A stretch of DNA of 64,000 bases from Moniliella sp. 'wahieum' (Eukaryota): contig RSEE01000079.1 in NCBI GenBank assembly GCA_003971905.1, positions 248,001-312,000 on the forward strand, in the 5' to 3' direction. Shown here in pieces: positions 26,147 through 40,211 of this stretch. Made by a program: the position numbers and the translations under genes. The number at the start of each line of letters is the position of its first letter. Position 1 is the stretch's first letter. Below the pieces are notes generated by a model that saw nothing but the letters and a program-made list of their open reading frames with translations, had not been told where the DNA came from and made no database searches.

Positions 26147-29100
26147 ATGGGCGGCGGATGTGCGGCGCCTCGGCCGCAAGCGGGGCGCCAGTGTGCGTTG
26201 GCGTTTCCAGCTCGGTTGGAGCTCCGGTCGGTGTGGCCGTTACCGCGTTCACCGCGTCACGCGTGACCGTCACCTACGCCCACGCCCCCGTCCTCCTCGC
26301 CCACGCCACCACCCGCGCCCTCGCCGCCGCGCTCTCCTCGTCCTCCTCTGGCACCAGCGCTCGGCTTGCAACATGGTTGCCCAGCGGCCGACGAGCCCGT
26401 CTTTTTCGTGCGCTCCTCGCGCCACGTCGTTTCTGCCTCGGGCAACGTCCCCGCCTCCGCACTGCCCTCAGCCACCTCGCCTGAGGCACATGCCCACACC
26501 AGTGCTGGTGCTGTCGGCGCTGCCGCCCGCGAGGCCCCAGTCTTCCGTCACCATGATCTGCGCCGGTCTCTTGACCTCCACAGTGCCCAGGCTCTCAAGC
26601 TCTATATGGAGGGGTACCTCAGCCGCCGCGATGACACTGCCGCCGATGGCCGGCCTCTGCGCCAATGACCCACGCAAGAGTTGGACGCTCTGCTTCGTCC
26701 AGCTTGTTGGCACTGTGCTCGCTGTTTGGTCGGTGCGAGCACTCGAGCAGGCTACCAAAGCTGGGCAGACTGTCGCACCCTCTTATATCAACATCACGGA
26801 CGCATTTGTCGACTACATTGGCACCCTTACCGAAGATCCAAAGCAGGTCCCTAACAGCAAGGCCCAGTACGAGAACGTATTTTCCCTGAAACAGCCGGCT
26901 CCAACCGATCTTACTATTGTGTTGAAGGGCCCGTTGGGCGTCGTTTGATCCAAGCCTGGGTCAACGCGATTCGCTTGGCTTCTTGGGAGCGTATGCGTCT
27001 CGAAGAGATGTACACCGGCTCCTTATCCGCGCCCTTCTCATCAAGCCTTCGGTCCCAGGTGCATACGGAGCACCTGGGCTTCAGCGCCGCGATTCACGTC
27101 GAGGTATCAGTAACACGCTCTGGGATAGTAATCACCAGGGAAATCTTGCTTTGTGCCCCAGTTCTACCTTTGTCGATGATGTGGACAATGCACCCCCCCT
27201 CCTGGCGACCCCAGCGAGTACGATCAACGTGCGTTGCGCACCCCACTGGTCAGGGGTCGACTTGAAGGATCCGTTAAGGCACGATTCATGGGGTCGACAG
27301 AATGGCGCAACTCTTGGCTCGTTCTTGTCGACTCGCCCCAAAATGCCACACCTGAGCAAACCAGCAAGCCTAAGTTCTGGAAGATCGGTTCTGCAGGCAA
27401 CCGCGGGAGTATTCTGTCTCTCACGGGCCACCATGGAAATGCGGCCCCAAACTCTGACTTTGGCCCTACCGCGGGTGGCGGGGGGCTCCACCCGACCCGT
27501 TTGCTAATGTCGCTCCCCCACAAGGAATGACTCCGACCGATGGCGTGGCTTACTTTTACGAATCCAAAAAGGCGTACCAGTCGGGCGCAGCACCGTTTGC
27601 AACGGTCGTTTATGTGGCCCACGTGTATGCAGTGTACCCCTCTCGGCCAGAGCTGGTGGAGAGTTCGGCACTCTTGAAGCTAGAGGCCGTCTTATCCCAA
27701 CCCCCTGATGGCCGCCCAGTTCTTTCGGCCTCGGGAACCCCCCGCCAATCGGGCTGGGTGATGCTGATGCCTGAGCCTGAAGTCCAAGGGACGGCTCCGA
27801 TCAAAGAGATGGTCAAATGGCTGTTGGGTACGTCACAAGGCATGAAATTTGTGCGTTCTATACTGATCGGGAACCACTCTTGTTTACTTAGGCTTCATTG
27901 ATGCTTTCCACCTTTATGGCCGCCCGACCTCCCTAGACTTTGACCCACGCAACCCTGTGTCGGCCTTCTTTGCTTATCCCATTGGCCAATACAAGGATCG
28001 TCTCTTCCTTGATCGCGAGTTGGCTGAGTATCTCAAGGTCAAGGAGGAATCCCACCTCGTCCACCGTACCAATCTCCATTCGATTATGGCAATGAGGATG
28101 CACGGACAAGACACGCCGCTGATGCGGGAGCTGCCTCAGCCGAACAGGTCGGCCACGGCCGTACTCAACGCTGGAAAGGGCATGACCCGAACTGGGTTTT
28201 TTGCTGGTTCAGCTGCTGCTGCCGCTGCGCAGCAACGCGCCGCCGCCGAACAGATGATGCAGCATCAAGTCCAGGCTGGGGCTGAAGCGCAAGCCCAGGC
28301 TGATGCGCAGGCACAAGCGGATGCTCAAGCACAGGCACAGGCACAAGCGGATGCTCAAGCACAGGCACAGGCACAAGCGCAGGCCGATCTGGAGGCCCAG
28401 GCTCGGGCACAAGCGCAAGCGGAAGCCGCTCATTCCCAAGCTCTTCAAGCCCAGAACCAAGCCCACCCTGGGTACCAGGAGCGAGGCCCTTCATCTCATG
28501 ATGCACTCGGACAAATTTTGCCCGATGCTGCGCAGAGTGATCCTAATCCATCCGAGCTTCCGCAGCTTACGTCGGACTTCGGTTCTTTGGAACTGGTCGG
28601 TCTGGGCACCGATCTTGCTATTACGCCTGATGTCAATCAGGCGGGACACCCCACGACAAGCCCGCAGCCCCAGTTGAATCCTTCTCAGCAGTTCTTTGCG
28701 CAGCAAGCTGTGACAGACTCTCCCACTGTGCCTTGGTCTCCTTCTCAAGGCGAACAAGCTGATGGATACACATCGCCGTCCCTGATGCAGGGTTATGGTG
28801 GGGGAACAGGATCATGCGTCGCTTCCGACCACCTCGTATCTCCCTGTGGAACACCAGGCGTATGCCTCCCCTTCCTTGCAACAGAAACCCTATGAAGACC
28901 AGCAGCTAGCTTACGCGGCTTCTTCCACTGCTCCCAACTCACGCGGCCTGTCGTTGCACTCTGTTCCCGACACGGGTGCCCAGACGTACTCTGACCCTGC
29001 ACTGGCCACATCCCCGCAGCGGCAGCAGCAGCAGCAATTATTCTCCAACCTTCAGATGTCCCTTGTTCCCGAGGACGATCCCAGGCCTCCCTCAACTTCT

Positions 29101-31411
29101 CCTGGGGATTCGGCCCGCTGGGCCAAAGTTTTATGGATTCAGCTAACACGGACCGCTTGGGGCCAGCTATCGCACCCAACCTGGTGTCCCCTGTCCATTC
29201 ATCCGTGTCGGCTGCTATGTCGCCTCCCCCTGCCTCGCAACCCCCTGCGTTTGGCCCCTCTGGAAAAGGTGCCACAGAGGGTGTTTCTACTCCAGGGAAT
29301 TTCTCCAATGGCCAGACGCCGCCCCCTGTGGCCAGCTCTCGTGTCGCTGTTGAGCATGATATGCACGACTTTGACGAAGGTGCCCTTTCCTATATGAGGT
29401 CCATGCCTGATCAGGCTCCTTCGCTCGAGGGACACAAACAGGTGGACTCTGAGGCCCCTCTTCGTATCCCTTCCAAGTCCCCTGTGGAGCAGGAGCGGCC
29501 GACTTCTGTGGGCCCACGCCCCAGCCTGTGGATCCCTCCTCACCTGCGTCTCATCCCGCGCCATCGAGCACCACAAATAGGAGCGATGGCATCGCTGATG
29601 ATGTGTTGGCGGCCACCAACTTTTTGAGCCGCCCTCCCTCACCTCCGATCGGCACGGTTACTGGAACTGGTTTATCATCTTACCAAGCCAGCTCTGTCCG
29701 GAGCAGCTGACGCCTGTCTCGGGGAGCGAGCGGCCGGACGAGGTTCGTTCCCTTTCACGCGAGGTCCAATCCCCACCGCCGGCTGAGCAGGCGTCGTCGA
29801 CGTTGGATCCCCCCGATCAGCCAGCTGCATTCCCTTCCTCATTCAGGTCAAACAAGCGAGCGCAGGAGCGCAAGGACGCGGCGGCGCAGCAAGCTGAAGC
29901 GCATCAGGCTGCCCTCCAAGCTCCTGGGAAAAGGGCCGGTAAGCGTAGTACGTCTTTTGCGCCCCGTCCACGTGCTTCAGACCCTTGGGGGTCGGACTCT
30001 TCTGAGGAGGACGAGGGCGAAGAGGAGGAGGAAGATGAGGAGGAAGAAAACCCGGCCACCGGTGAGTTGCCAAATCCCTCTCAGCAGGGTTACTCGTCCA
30101 ACCCAACTTCGGGGCAGGCGACACCCAACATGGCCTGGAGGGCGGAGTCAACAGCAATGCAGGGCTATCCTTCGGCGCCGGGAGTGTATGGGATACCGCA
30201 GCCGCCCTATGTGTACAATGCCAGTGGTCGGGGCTCCCCTTATGCCCGTTCGCAGTCGGCCTCTCCGGGGACAGCGATGGGTGTTGGCGCTGGTCCCTCG
30301 ACGCGGCAGTTGCAGCAGCAGGCTGTGGATCAGCATACTGCTCATCAAGACGCTCGGAAGAGCATGTTCAACACCCTCCTTGCGGCTCCCCATGCTGAAG
30401 CCCAAGCGAATCCTCAGCCCAACACGGCAGCGGCAGCAGCAGGGCCCCAGGGTCTAGTGGTGGGCACAGCCGCTTCCTCTACTGGTCCCACGGGCTTGGC
30501 TCACCCCAACACATCCGCGGACTTGGGCGATGACGCACCAGGGAGCATGACTGCACTTTTCCAACCTCATGGGCTCCTGAAGGCTGGTGCGGCGGAGAAG
30601 GCCGAGCGCTCGGCCAAAGCGCAAGAAGCCGAGGCTCAAAGGATGGTACCGGCTTGGTCTCGGTACCGAACCAACCGCCCCCGCCAAGCGTAGGGCTGCT
30701 GGGTGCCATCTCATCCCATGAGCGCGAACGAAAAGCGGCAGGTGGGCTCGGAGCGACCCTGACAGAGCGGGAACGGGAACGAATTGCGATGGAGAAGCGT
30801 CATCGAAGGAGGAGACGAGAACCAAGCTGCGGGGCTCATGACTCCCGGTCAATGGGGCGGCGGGCATGGTGGAATGATGCCGTCGATGATGGGGTACATG
30901 CCTAATCCTTACATGATGTGGCCTGGGATGATGCCCGGAGTGATGCCTCCGAGCGCCCCTGGCTCGGCTCTCGGTGGGCTGGCGGGGCTGGCGGGATGGG
31001 CCACCAAGCCAACAGCAGATGTACATGATGCAGATGCAGCAAATGCAGCAAATGCAGGCCATGCAAGCGGCCCAGTGGCGTATGCTCAAGCCATGTCCGG
31101 GGCCCCTCTCATGCAGGCGTCGGCGGCCCTGGATCAGCTGCGCCTGGTATGCCCGGCACAATCTGGTGGCATGCCTGGTTGGTATGCCTGGTGGCATGCC
31201 TGGTGGTATGCCTGGTGGTATGGGGATGATGCCGCCTGGGGGCGGATCGGGGGCGGCGTCACCGGCTGGATACAACCCCTACATGCGATGTGTGAGCCGG
31301 GCATGTTCAACCCGATGGGTGGGTACATGTCACCGACTGGATCCGACATGGGCGCGGCCATCCGCGCCCACGCACAGGGAGTGGCACACGCAATTCCCCG
31401 CTACGACGTAG
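26147..31411 (+). CDS. Skg3/Caf120-like PH-domain protein with long low-complexity tail (ends approximate, frameshifted)
   Basis: KLYMEGYL..DGRP, WTLCFVQLVGTVLAVW, PSYINITDA, WVNAIRLASWERMRLEEMYTG, VYAVYPSRPELVESSALLKLE, FIDAFHLYGRP, LFLDRELAE and LLGAISSHERERKAAGGLGATLTERERER. Intron near 27828-27891. Confidence 0.8.
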
Positions 31412-32518
31412 CCATGTCGGCACCGACATGTATCTTCCTTCTCCTTCTATTTCCCTACCTGCCCCCCCTCCCAGCCTTCTGCTCCCTCCGACTGTGAGTG
31501 CAATGACGTCCTATTTGCATCTGGTGGTCTTGTGTTCCCTCCGTTGGAACCAGAGCCAACGGCAAGCTTGTGTTGCGCCACTAGATGATGTTGGGGTCCT
31601 AAGCTCCTGCCTGCCAGGTCTCCCGTCGCACTTCATGCACTGATGGTCGATGAAGCGAACCCCATATTGAATCTCGTTTCTTCCTCTCCCATCTTGGGCG
31701 TCCTTTGATCCATCTATCATGTTCAGAGGATCCGAAGCCTTTGCGTGCCATTCCATCTGCGTTCGTCCGTCTTCACCCTCCTTCCTAATTCGCGCATTGT
31801 TTTGGAAACCAGCTCGCGGCCGCGTCATTCAGTTTGAGTCATTGAGGGGCGGGGACGGGGGGATGAGGCTGATGAGCAGAGGTTGCTTGTGGGCCGGGCA
31901 TCTCGCACCAGTGACAAAAAGACAATTATTAAAGCGCAGATGGTGTGAGAGTACACATCTCATAGATTGGGCTGGTCAAGAGTAGTAACAGCTAGAGAAC
32001 CATCACCGCATCACGCGCGTGCTATTTCATCAATATTCATCGTTCATTAACATCGTTCTCCTCTGGCCTTATAAGCTCCGTCTGTGAAAAAGTACCTACT
32101 ACTAAAGTGCGGATCAAAAAATATGCGAAAGGCAAGAAGTACAGTTCTCATGCATCTCATGCCTATCGTCCTATAGTTGCGTCTCCTCTTTGGCATATAA
32201 TGTAGCACAATCCGATTCGTCATGACATACAATTGGTCGATAAACGATAAACGACAGGCGGATATGACAAGGTAAAAAGAATTAGACCAAAAGAAAAAAG
32301 GTGATGGGCAGGTAATAGGTCGTGACCCTGGAAGGAGCCTTTTGACAGAGGCACCCAGCAAGGAGTGCCGTTTACCCGTAAAACAAGATGATCGAGAAAG
32401 AGAAAGGGCACGATGTCGTATACATGTGAGAAAATCATCACTCAAACAAGTTCGTTCGGACAAAATGCGGGGAAGGAGAAGGGCAGCCGGGTATATGTAG
32501 CATTGCATAGTTGCCACT

Positions 32519-34432
32519 CTAGTAGTTTCCGGAGTCGCCGGAGGTTCCGGAGTCTTGTGTCCAAGAGTAGACTCGCCATCTTGGTTTCGTTTGGTCTCTT
32601 GTAGCTTTTCCTCTCCGATCTTTTCCATGTCTTCAGTTGTGACGAGGTTGGCAATCTCGCCCTTAACGAGAGCACGGCGCGACGTAAAACCGGGAGGGCA
32701 CCACGTGCGGCTATTCCACGGTTTGCAGCTTGGGTCGTGGTACATCAGGTCCACTTGTTCAAGAGTGAGGCCCTGGGTCTCCCGCACAAAGAAAAAGACC
32801 AGGAAAGCGTTGACAATGTTCCAAGCAGCGAAGATGAACCCATAAGCTAAGATTGACAAAGGTGTGTGTTAGCAAGGTGTTTGTATGTCTCAGTATACAC
32901 CGTGAGGAGGGGGAGAGGAGAAACAAAAAAGACGTACCATATCCAATGTTGCCAGTAATCGGCTGGGTGAAGAATGCCAAGCAAAGTTCCAGCCCCAGTT
33001 AGTGGCGGTAGAGAGTGCAGCTTGCTTGGCACGAGTACGCGATCCAAAGTTCTCTCCGCACCAGATCCACACGGCGGGAGACCAAGTGCAGCAAGGCAGA
33101 AGACAAATAAGCATCCAGCAACGGTCATCAGGTCTCCAACGCCCTCAGAGACACAGGCTTGCCCATGATACCGCTCTCGTTACCAGCGACACCAGCAATG
33201 GCAAAGACGAATAGCCAAATGAGCATCCGAGTGCACCGTAGAACAGCATGTTACGACGGCCCCATGCTTCCACCATCCAGAGACCAGGGGCAGTGCAAAC
33301 GAAGTTGACAGCGCCAAGGATAATTTGGGTTACATACGAGTCTTTGAGACCGGCGTTCGCAAACCTGGTTACCGTAAAAGAAGAAATCTATAGGATCAAA
33401 GGGTTAGTTGATGACAGTGGTGCCGGCGGGGTATATAAGGGGAAAGAAAGTGAACGCACAGTTTCCGCCACAGAGTTGTGCCCCATCTGAAGGGCCATGC
33501 CCATCAATGTCCGGAAGCAAGTTGAGTTTTGCATTTTGAAGCAGTCAAGCCAGGTGGCGTCAGATGCGTTGGCTTGCTTGCATTCCTCGATTGCCTGGAT
33601 GAGGTCCTTGTACTCGGATTCGACAACCGGGTCGTGATCTTCAACACTTACGCCATGCATCACCATGGCATGCTTTGCATCGTCGTAGCGGCCCTTTTGA
33701 GCGCTAATGGTAGGCGACTCGGGCGTCAGCACAGCACAGCACCCTGAAGGAGTGCAAAAACAAAGCCGATAGCGACCAATACACGCCATGATGCCGAGTC
33801 GTTGTTGCCCGCATGCCGAGTGCCAATGGCAATGGCGTAGGCCAACAAGATTCCGAGGGTGATGGCAAGCTGGAAGATACCACCCATCATACCACGGATC
33901 TGCTGAGGCATAAGCTCGGATTGGTACACTGGTGCTAGGGCTGAGGACATGCCAATTCCATAGCCCGACACCAGGCGCCCAATACCAAACTGAACCCAAG
34001 AATGGAACGCCGTGACCTTGATGAGACATCCGATTATAATCCAGAGAGCAGAGATCTGGACACTGTACTTGGTGCCCACCCGGTCTTGCCATACGTTGCC
34101 GGTAAGAGCACCGACACCACAACCAATTGACATGAAACCGGTGATGAGACCCTGTAGCCAGGGCGACCAGCCCTTCGAATATGTGCCATTGGCATGTAGG
34201 TGACCGCGCCAGTCGCAAAACGGCGTTGGAAGTCCTCCATGGGGTATAAGCCGGCCATAATACCGGTTTCATATCCGAACTGTTCTCATTGATAGGTCAA
34301 TATGTTGTCATGTTTTGGTTGGTTGCTAGTAGACTATAATGCAGAAGTAGTGCGTACGTTAAGACCTGCACCAGTAGTCACCAGTGCGACCAGGAATGTC
34401 ATAGGACCAACAGACGTGCTGCCGATTTTCAT
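32519..34432 (-). CDS. Sugar porter family (hexose) transporter, three introns, frameshifted; 3' end approximate
   Basis: FGYETGIMAG, GRLVSGYGIG..APVYQSE..P.QIRG, QLAITLGILLAY, PESP, WGRR, ATNWGWNF and VFFFVRETQGLTLEQVD. Confidence 0.92.
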
Positions 34433-35056
34433 CGTGACGAGGTGCGGGGAGAGCCTATAGTAGCCTTAAGTAATTGACGATGAGGGTGAAGAGAAGAAAA
34501 GGGAAAGGAGGGCGGAAGAGCCTCTCGAAGAGGGAGAAGTTGCTTTGGAGGGTTTTGGGGGAGTGGTTGTGAGTTAAAAAGTCGGACTGAGGTTGTGACA
34601 GTAAGAGAAGGAGGTGGACGGTCCTCTACTGTTGGTATATATAACCTACCACTCCCGTATATTATTTCTGGGAAGAGGCATCGGATCTGTGTTCGCAGGC
34701 CCCAGCAGCTTCAACCTGAGCCACCCCCAGGTGCCGCCACTACCGTACGTTCATGCTTGTGGTCATATTCAGATATTGCAGCGTCCCGCTGGTATAGGTA
34801 CCACCGACGGTGTTGCACATTTCCTATTACACTACGGCAGTGGGTAGGTACACGGACGCGATGTTGGAGCACCAACAGATCATCCGGGGCCCCAGTTTTG
34901 CCCGCTTCAAACTCTCCGCCTGCCTAATGCCCGTGTTGCAGAGGATGTGGGGGAACTATTCGCACCGCAGCCACACGTGGGTTCTGCTACGGCGAGGATG
35001 CTGTGACATGTGACAGAGCAGCAGTAGCAGGCAGTAGCCTGCTGTAGTACGGCACT

Positions 35057-36005
35057 GCGTGACGCGTGACGCGTGACGTGGGAGGCGGGTGGCCGGGGGT
35101 GTCTGGTGGTGCATGGTATCCAATGTAGGAAGAGCGGCAAGATGGAGCCATCCCGCAAGCGGCCGGGGTGGGTGGATGTGAATGTGGCTGTTTTCCCGGC
35201 CGAGGCCTTCGGCCTTAATGTTTAACCTAAAGCTTAAACATGCGTAACAGGTACCCCGGCCCGACTTGAAGCTTCAAGCTTCACTTCAAGCTTCACATGT
35301 TCACATCTCCCCAGTTGGCCAGTGTCGTGCTGTGTTTCACAAAGCCACGCATGCACCAGCAGCATGCGCCATATAACGCATCACGTGTTGTTCGGCATAG
35401 ACGGATGTCTCACTCAATCCGGCGGAGCACGCGTGCACACATTGCACCGGCAACCCGGCCGCAGCCATCGGATCATCGGCGATCATCAATCAATCATCGA
35501 TCAGCAGGTCAACGAATGCCGATTACACGTTACTTAGGCGACTTCGTGATCACGTTGATCACGCGGATCACGGCATAACAGCACCCACCATCAGCGGCGT
35601 TCCTTTTGGTTTCCAATTTGAGCCCTACACTTGGCAAGACTATGCACCACCTCCTTTCGAACACTGATGCTCAGCAACTCGTCCTCAATCTGCGTCTCCG
35701 CACACTTTTGGTGGTGAGCTCACTATAATGAAAAGTATTTTTGCTACAGTCGTGGCCAACATCAAACGTGGGTAGAAACAGGATGACTAGTGACTAGGTG
35801 ACTAGGGACTGGTGTACCCTGTGGCTTCAAGCTTCACCCTTCAAGCTTCACCGGTCACCTGCCACTCCATGGAGGGTCATCAATATCAATCTCTCGGCCA
35901 TCCGTCCCGCTGACGCGCTGAGTCCTGCTGAGCCTCGGGCCTCAGGCTGAGGGGTCTCATGGAGCTTGAAAGGCCTCGGCTTTATCCCGATACTCAAGCT
36001 TCATG
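35057..36005. repeat. Heptamer clusters upstream of the sugar porter
   Basis: (tgacgcg)2-tgacg at 35059, tgaagct-tcaagct-tca near 35267, tcatcga-tca near 35494, tgactag-tgactag near 35784, and tcaagct-tca at 35827 and 35841. Confidence 0.8.
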
Positions 36006-37519
36006 CCACAAGTCATCCATATATCCAAGGCATTCTAGGCCATAATATTACAGCAAGTTCGATCCGTCGTCTTTTAGAAGAGAGTGCCATCTAAAACCCA
36101 CGCCGATTGGTATCGCCACTAATGGGCGTCTGTTCCTGGGGGCTCTCTCCGTCACTAGTCACTCCACTGGCCCCCAAATTGGGTGAAACCGTAGTGAGGA
36201 TCGATGAAGACTGTTACGGGCGACGGCGGGAGTGTGGCCGAGCCCGCCCGAGTCCATCCTCTCCCCTTGTCTCCCTTGCCTGGGGAAGGTCTACGCTAAG
36301 ATTAGTAGGGTGGCTCGACTGAGATCTAAACGTTGAACAAACCCATGCACTCTTGCGTGCAAATGGGCCATGTTCTTCCCATCGATCTAAGTAACTAGTC
36401 CACATCACTTTCGTGCGGCTATATGTGGTCCGTGCTTGAGCTTCTGAGTTCCTGATTTCGTATCCTACTTGAATTATTTGGTCTTTGGTCTAGGACGCAA
36501 GTGAGCCGTAAGTTGAGTCTCCGGATCTGGACGTCACACAGTTTTCTGATCTGTGAGCGTCTCGTGTGAGATTCTCTCCCCAAGCCTTATATACGTTTCT
36601 ATAGCTGAGGGCAGAGAGCCTGTGCCCGTTCCCTTGGGCGTTTGACTGTTCTTGTTCCTGGCAGAGTGAGGGATTCTTTCCCTATTTGGTCTGTGCACCT
36701 TTTTGGAAGCCACTGATCTCGATTCCTTTCCCCTTTCTGCGTTGGGTTGTCTATCCCTTATAGATCCTGTGCCTGTATGACCGCGGTTTATCACCCACGG
36801 TCCATAATGTTCCTTTCCCCCGAGCGGGTCATTTCCTCGTCATTTCCTCGTCATATCCTTCGTCTACTTCGTCTACTTCGTCTTCGTCTTATTCCACATT
36901 TCGTCCTTCCTCCCGTTTTTCGTCCTTGTGCAAGATCCTTCTCCAATCCATCGTTGATCCACCAGGCAACTCCCATGCTACTCTTATATCGGTCACCAGC
37001 ACAGTCCCTCCGACCTGCTTCCAGCAACCACACCTCCTGGTTTTTCCGTATACTTTCGCCTGGGCATCTATTGCCGTAATAGATTGCCAGCGTTAGTCAG
37101 TCTCTCCTGTACGGATCCTGAGGAGATTCTAGAAAAGTTGAGATGGTCTGTTAGATGGGACCTGTCCTGTTCGGTATTTGCCTGATGCGCCAGTCTTTTC
37201 CGGCCAACCCTTCAGGACCGGCCTCGTCCCTCCGAGAGGAATCACCCCTATTAAACTACGGGTCGGGTTCCATCTGTCCGGGGTTACCCGCCCATGACAA
37301 AGGTGGTCTACACACAAAATGCGACCAGCCATATCCGGTAGATATTATCCGACTCTGAGGCTGATGAAGTATGAGGCGTTGAGACTTTTGAGCTTGAGCC
37401 CAAGGCGTTCAAGACTGACATCTAATGAATATAAAATGCATATATTAAATCCACTTCTGTCCCTGAACCGTTGAGAAGCCATTTGTTCTCATGATGATGT
37501 GGTACTAATTCCTCTGGGA

Positions 37520-38020
37520 ATAGTGTTCGAGCTCGAGATCCTGAGGAAAACCATCCGTACTGTTGTTGGGCTGGTGGGAATGTGGCACCACCCCGTGGGC
37601 TAGTTCCACAGGTAGCCCAAACCTGCAATGGTTAATTCCCTTGTTGATTCTGTCCAAATCTCATCCAGGAGGACAAGAATATTCTCTTGCCTCTGTAGCT
37701 CATGTACAATGCCATGGAGATATACACACTCATTAGATTGCCTGTTGTTTGGGCTTCTATAGATTGCGTTGACGACGACCAGCGGTAGAGATCCAATTAG
37801 CCTTAATGTGTGAGTGATCGGGCAAACGCACTCAGTGTATCCGGCCGGTGCATTCCGGACCTTCCACAGGCTTCCAGCCTGAGTGGGAGCTTCCCCCAGC
37901 CCACAGGTGCAGTTTCTCTGTAGCTCCGGAATACTATCTCCCTTTCGTAGCGAGCCTAGCGCCAACACTGTTGACTATTAGGCTCGTGACTGATAAGGAT
38001 TTAGACATGCTTCTCTTTGA
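37520..38020 (-). mobile_element. Decayed LINE apurinic-endonuclease (EEP) fragment
   Basis: SLIVNS..., LVVVNAIYRSPNN...ENILVLLD..W, LWN..GATFPP. The order resembles the EEP motifs S.NVN, V..IYR.P, I.V.GDFN and N...TF. Many stops and frameshifts. Confidence 0.4.
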
Positions 38021-38654
38021 GGAAAACGTGAATAATCTAACCCAGGAGACACAATGTTCGAAGCCTCACAACGATGTGCTACAGGAGCCGCTCTCCGAAC
38101 CGCACGATAAGACAATCAGGTACACCTATAGCATCTCCCAGAACTTCAGCTGCTTCAACGCGCAGGGTTATACAGATTTGGCACCGATGTTAGGCTAAAG
38201 TTGGGAACCAGCTCAGCATGTTGAATGATGATACCCTCCCAAACTTAGCTATGTCCTCGCCAGTTCTTTACCCAGGCGCATGCAATCTAGAGAGGCCCCA
38301 TGCCTATCTCGTTCCACAATGAGCTACACGATGACCTCACTTACTCACTGCTGCAGGCTGGTATCGAGGCGCAGTGATACCTTGCGGCATGCGCTTTCAA
38401 CACTATGGTGATCCATGCAGCACCCAACTGGTACAAGTACATCATTGGCGAGTGTGCAGGGTTAGATTGAGGGGAGGAAAGACCCTGCAGGTGGCACTCA
38501 CACCGGATGGGGGATGGGCGTTGAAAGAAAGTGTGAGTGGGAGAAGATCGCGAAGGGATATGGGGATCCCCGGGAGCCCAGCGTTGGATGATATGAAAAG
38601 AAAGCAAGGGAGGTATAGTGCCAAAAGCGAGTCAAGGGCTTTGCACTTCCAGAG

Positions 38655-39573
38655 TTAGCCAAACCTTGTAGATGTAATCTGTTGGGAGCCATGGTCAGTA
38701 TAAGGGCCTCGCCAGCATGGAAAAATGGACTGATAGAACGATACAAGGGTGAAGATAGCGCCGGCAAAGAAGATGATGTTGTCTTGGATGCTCCTCCGCT
38801 CAACGTAACCAATCACCTTACGTGACAGGCCCAGAGTGTTGGCTGCATCCAAGAGACGCCTGCGGTGCCTTTAAGAATATGCCGTTGCTCGGTCGATTCT
38901 CCCACCTTCTCGTCCCTGGAGATGAAGGCATCCAACTGAGCTTCGGTCTGCTCAATGAAGCTGTGTTCCCGCAAGCATGTGCCTCACGTGCGGATCCATT
39001 TCCAAACATGGCCGCCGCTGACGCGTTCATCTTGTAGGCGGCGCGCGTGTCGTCCCAGCGGCGTAGGAACCATACCCGCCGTACCCGACATAGCTGCTGC
39101 CGGGGAGTAGCCTGCATATCCCCGTACCCATACGGAGACGATGTGCCTCCAATCTGCGATACGGACGAGACCGGGTGTGGGGAAGGAGCAGGGGAGGGGT
39201 TCCTGCCCCTGCTCCGATGTTGACAAACGCGAGCATGGAGTGCATTCGCAGTGGGGGCGGCAGCACCAAGGGCAGTGGCGCTACAGCAGTGTAGGCCGGG
39301 CTGCAGAGGCCGCCGCTGATACTAGCGCGGATACGCGGTTTCGCAGCTCATCTTCTTCTCGGCGAAACTCTTTGAGGCGGGCAAGCGCCTTCTGCTGTTT
39401 GGAAAAGACGAGTTCACGCTTAGCAAGACGCTCGTATTCGTCCAGTGTGGCGCCCAACGCATCAAAGCGCGCGTCGAGGTCGGGCGGGGGAGAGTCTCGC
39501 GAGACTCAATGCGAGCAAGGTCGTTTTTGATGCTGGTCACATCGCGCAAGGCCGAGTTGTACGCCGCATTCAT
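38655..39573 (-). CDS. BOS1: ER-Golgi Qb-SNARE Bos1/membrin (frameshifted)
   Basis: MNAAYNSALR..., TLDEYERLAKRELV..KQQKALARLKEFR, REHSFIEQTEAQLDAFI and LDAANTLGLSRKVIGYVERRSIQDNIIFFAGAIFTL, ending in a C-terminal TM segment. Confidence 0.9.
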
Positions 39574-39639
39574 CGCAGGCGATGGCGGGCACGGCTGCCA
39601 AGATGGCTGGGACGACGTGGAGCTGCGGCAGACGATGGC

Positions 39640-39700
39640 TAAAGGTTGAATCTTAAAGGTTGAAGGTTGAAGGTTCAGCCGATCATCGATCATCGATCAT
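39640..39700. repeat. 7-nt TNA lattice upstream of BOS1
   Basis: TAA/TGA/TCA at 39640, 39647, 39654, 39661, 39668 and 39675, then (tcatcga)2-tca. Confidence 0.85.
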
Positions 39701-39954
39701 TGGTCGCAGAGCATGCGTGTAACCAAGGGCTTACGCTTTGCAAGGCTGGGCTGCACCTGCTGCACCACCCCCCATCCAACCCCAGATTCGGTGGGGCGCG
39801 GGCGAATAGATGCGCAAAATCCGCCCCGCCTCGTCTGTCTCGATCATCGATGATCCGTCCATCACGTGCACCAGGCATTCCCTACGCGCCCGCCCTACTT
39901 CCCATCAACCCGATTGGCCTTATTGTAACACCTGAGGGCCTGAGGCCTGACTAG

Positions 39955-40211
39955 TGCTAGAGTGCGACTTGGGAGCACTCGCGATCCTATGATCAGCTGC
40001 AAAGCAGCCTTCAGACAAGGCGTGAAGGCAAAGTGGTGAGCCACAAGTCTTCAAACAACGTCTGAAGGGAAGGAAAAAGGAGAGAGAGAAGAGAGATGGA
40101 GCGAGCAGGGCGTGCGTGGCCTGCGAGCGGAACTCTTCCGCTCGGCTAGGCGAGCGTCACCGATCCATTGAGGGCCGCGCAGGAGAATCCTAGTAGCAGT
40201 ACCCTCTAACA
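39955..40211 (-). mobile_element. Solo LTR, 257 bp (family A, inverted relative to the 9356 copy)
   Basis: TGCTAGAG...CTCTAACA termini and a perfect 5-bp TSD ACTAG (39950-39954 and 40212-40216). Confidence 0.9.

Noticed and set aside
36400..37400. Acidic DE-rich minus-strand coding-like segment
   Set aside because: It is fragmented by stops and no family is recognisable. It may be TE debris next to the LINE fragment.
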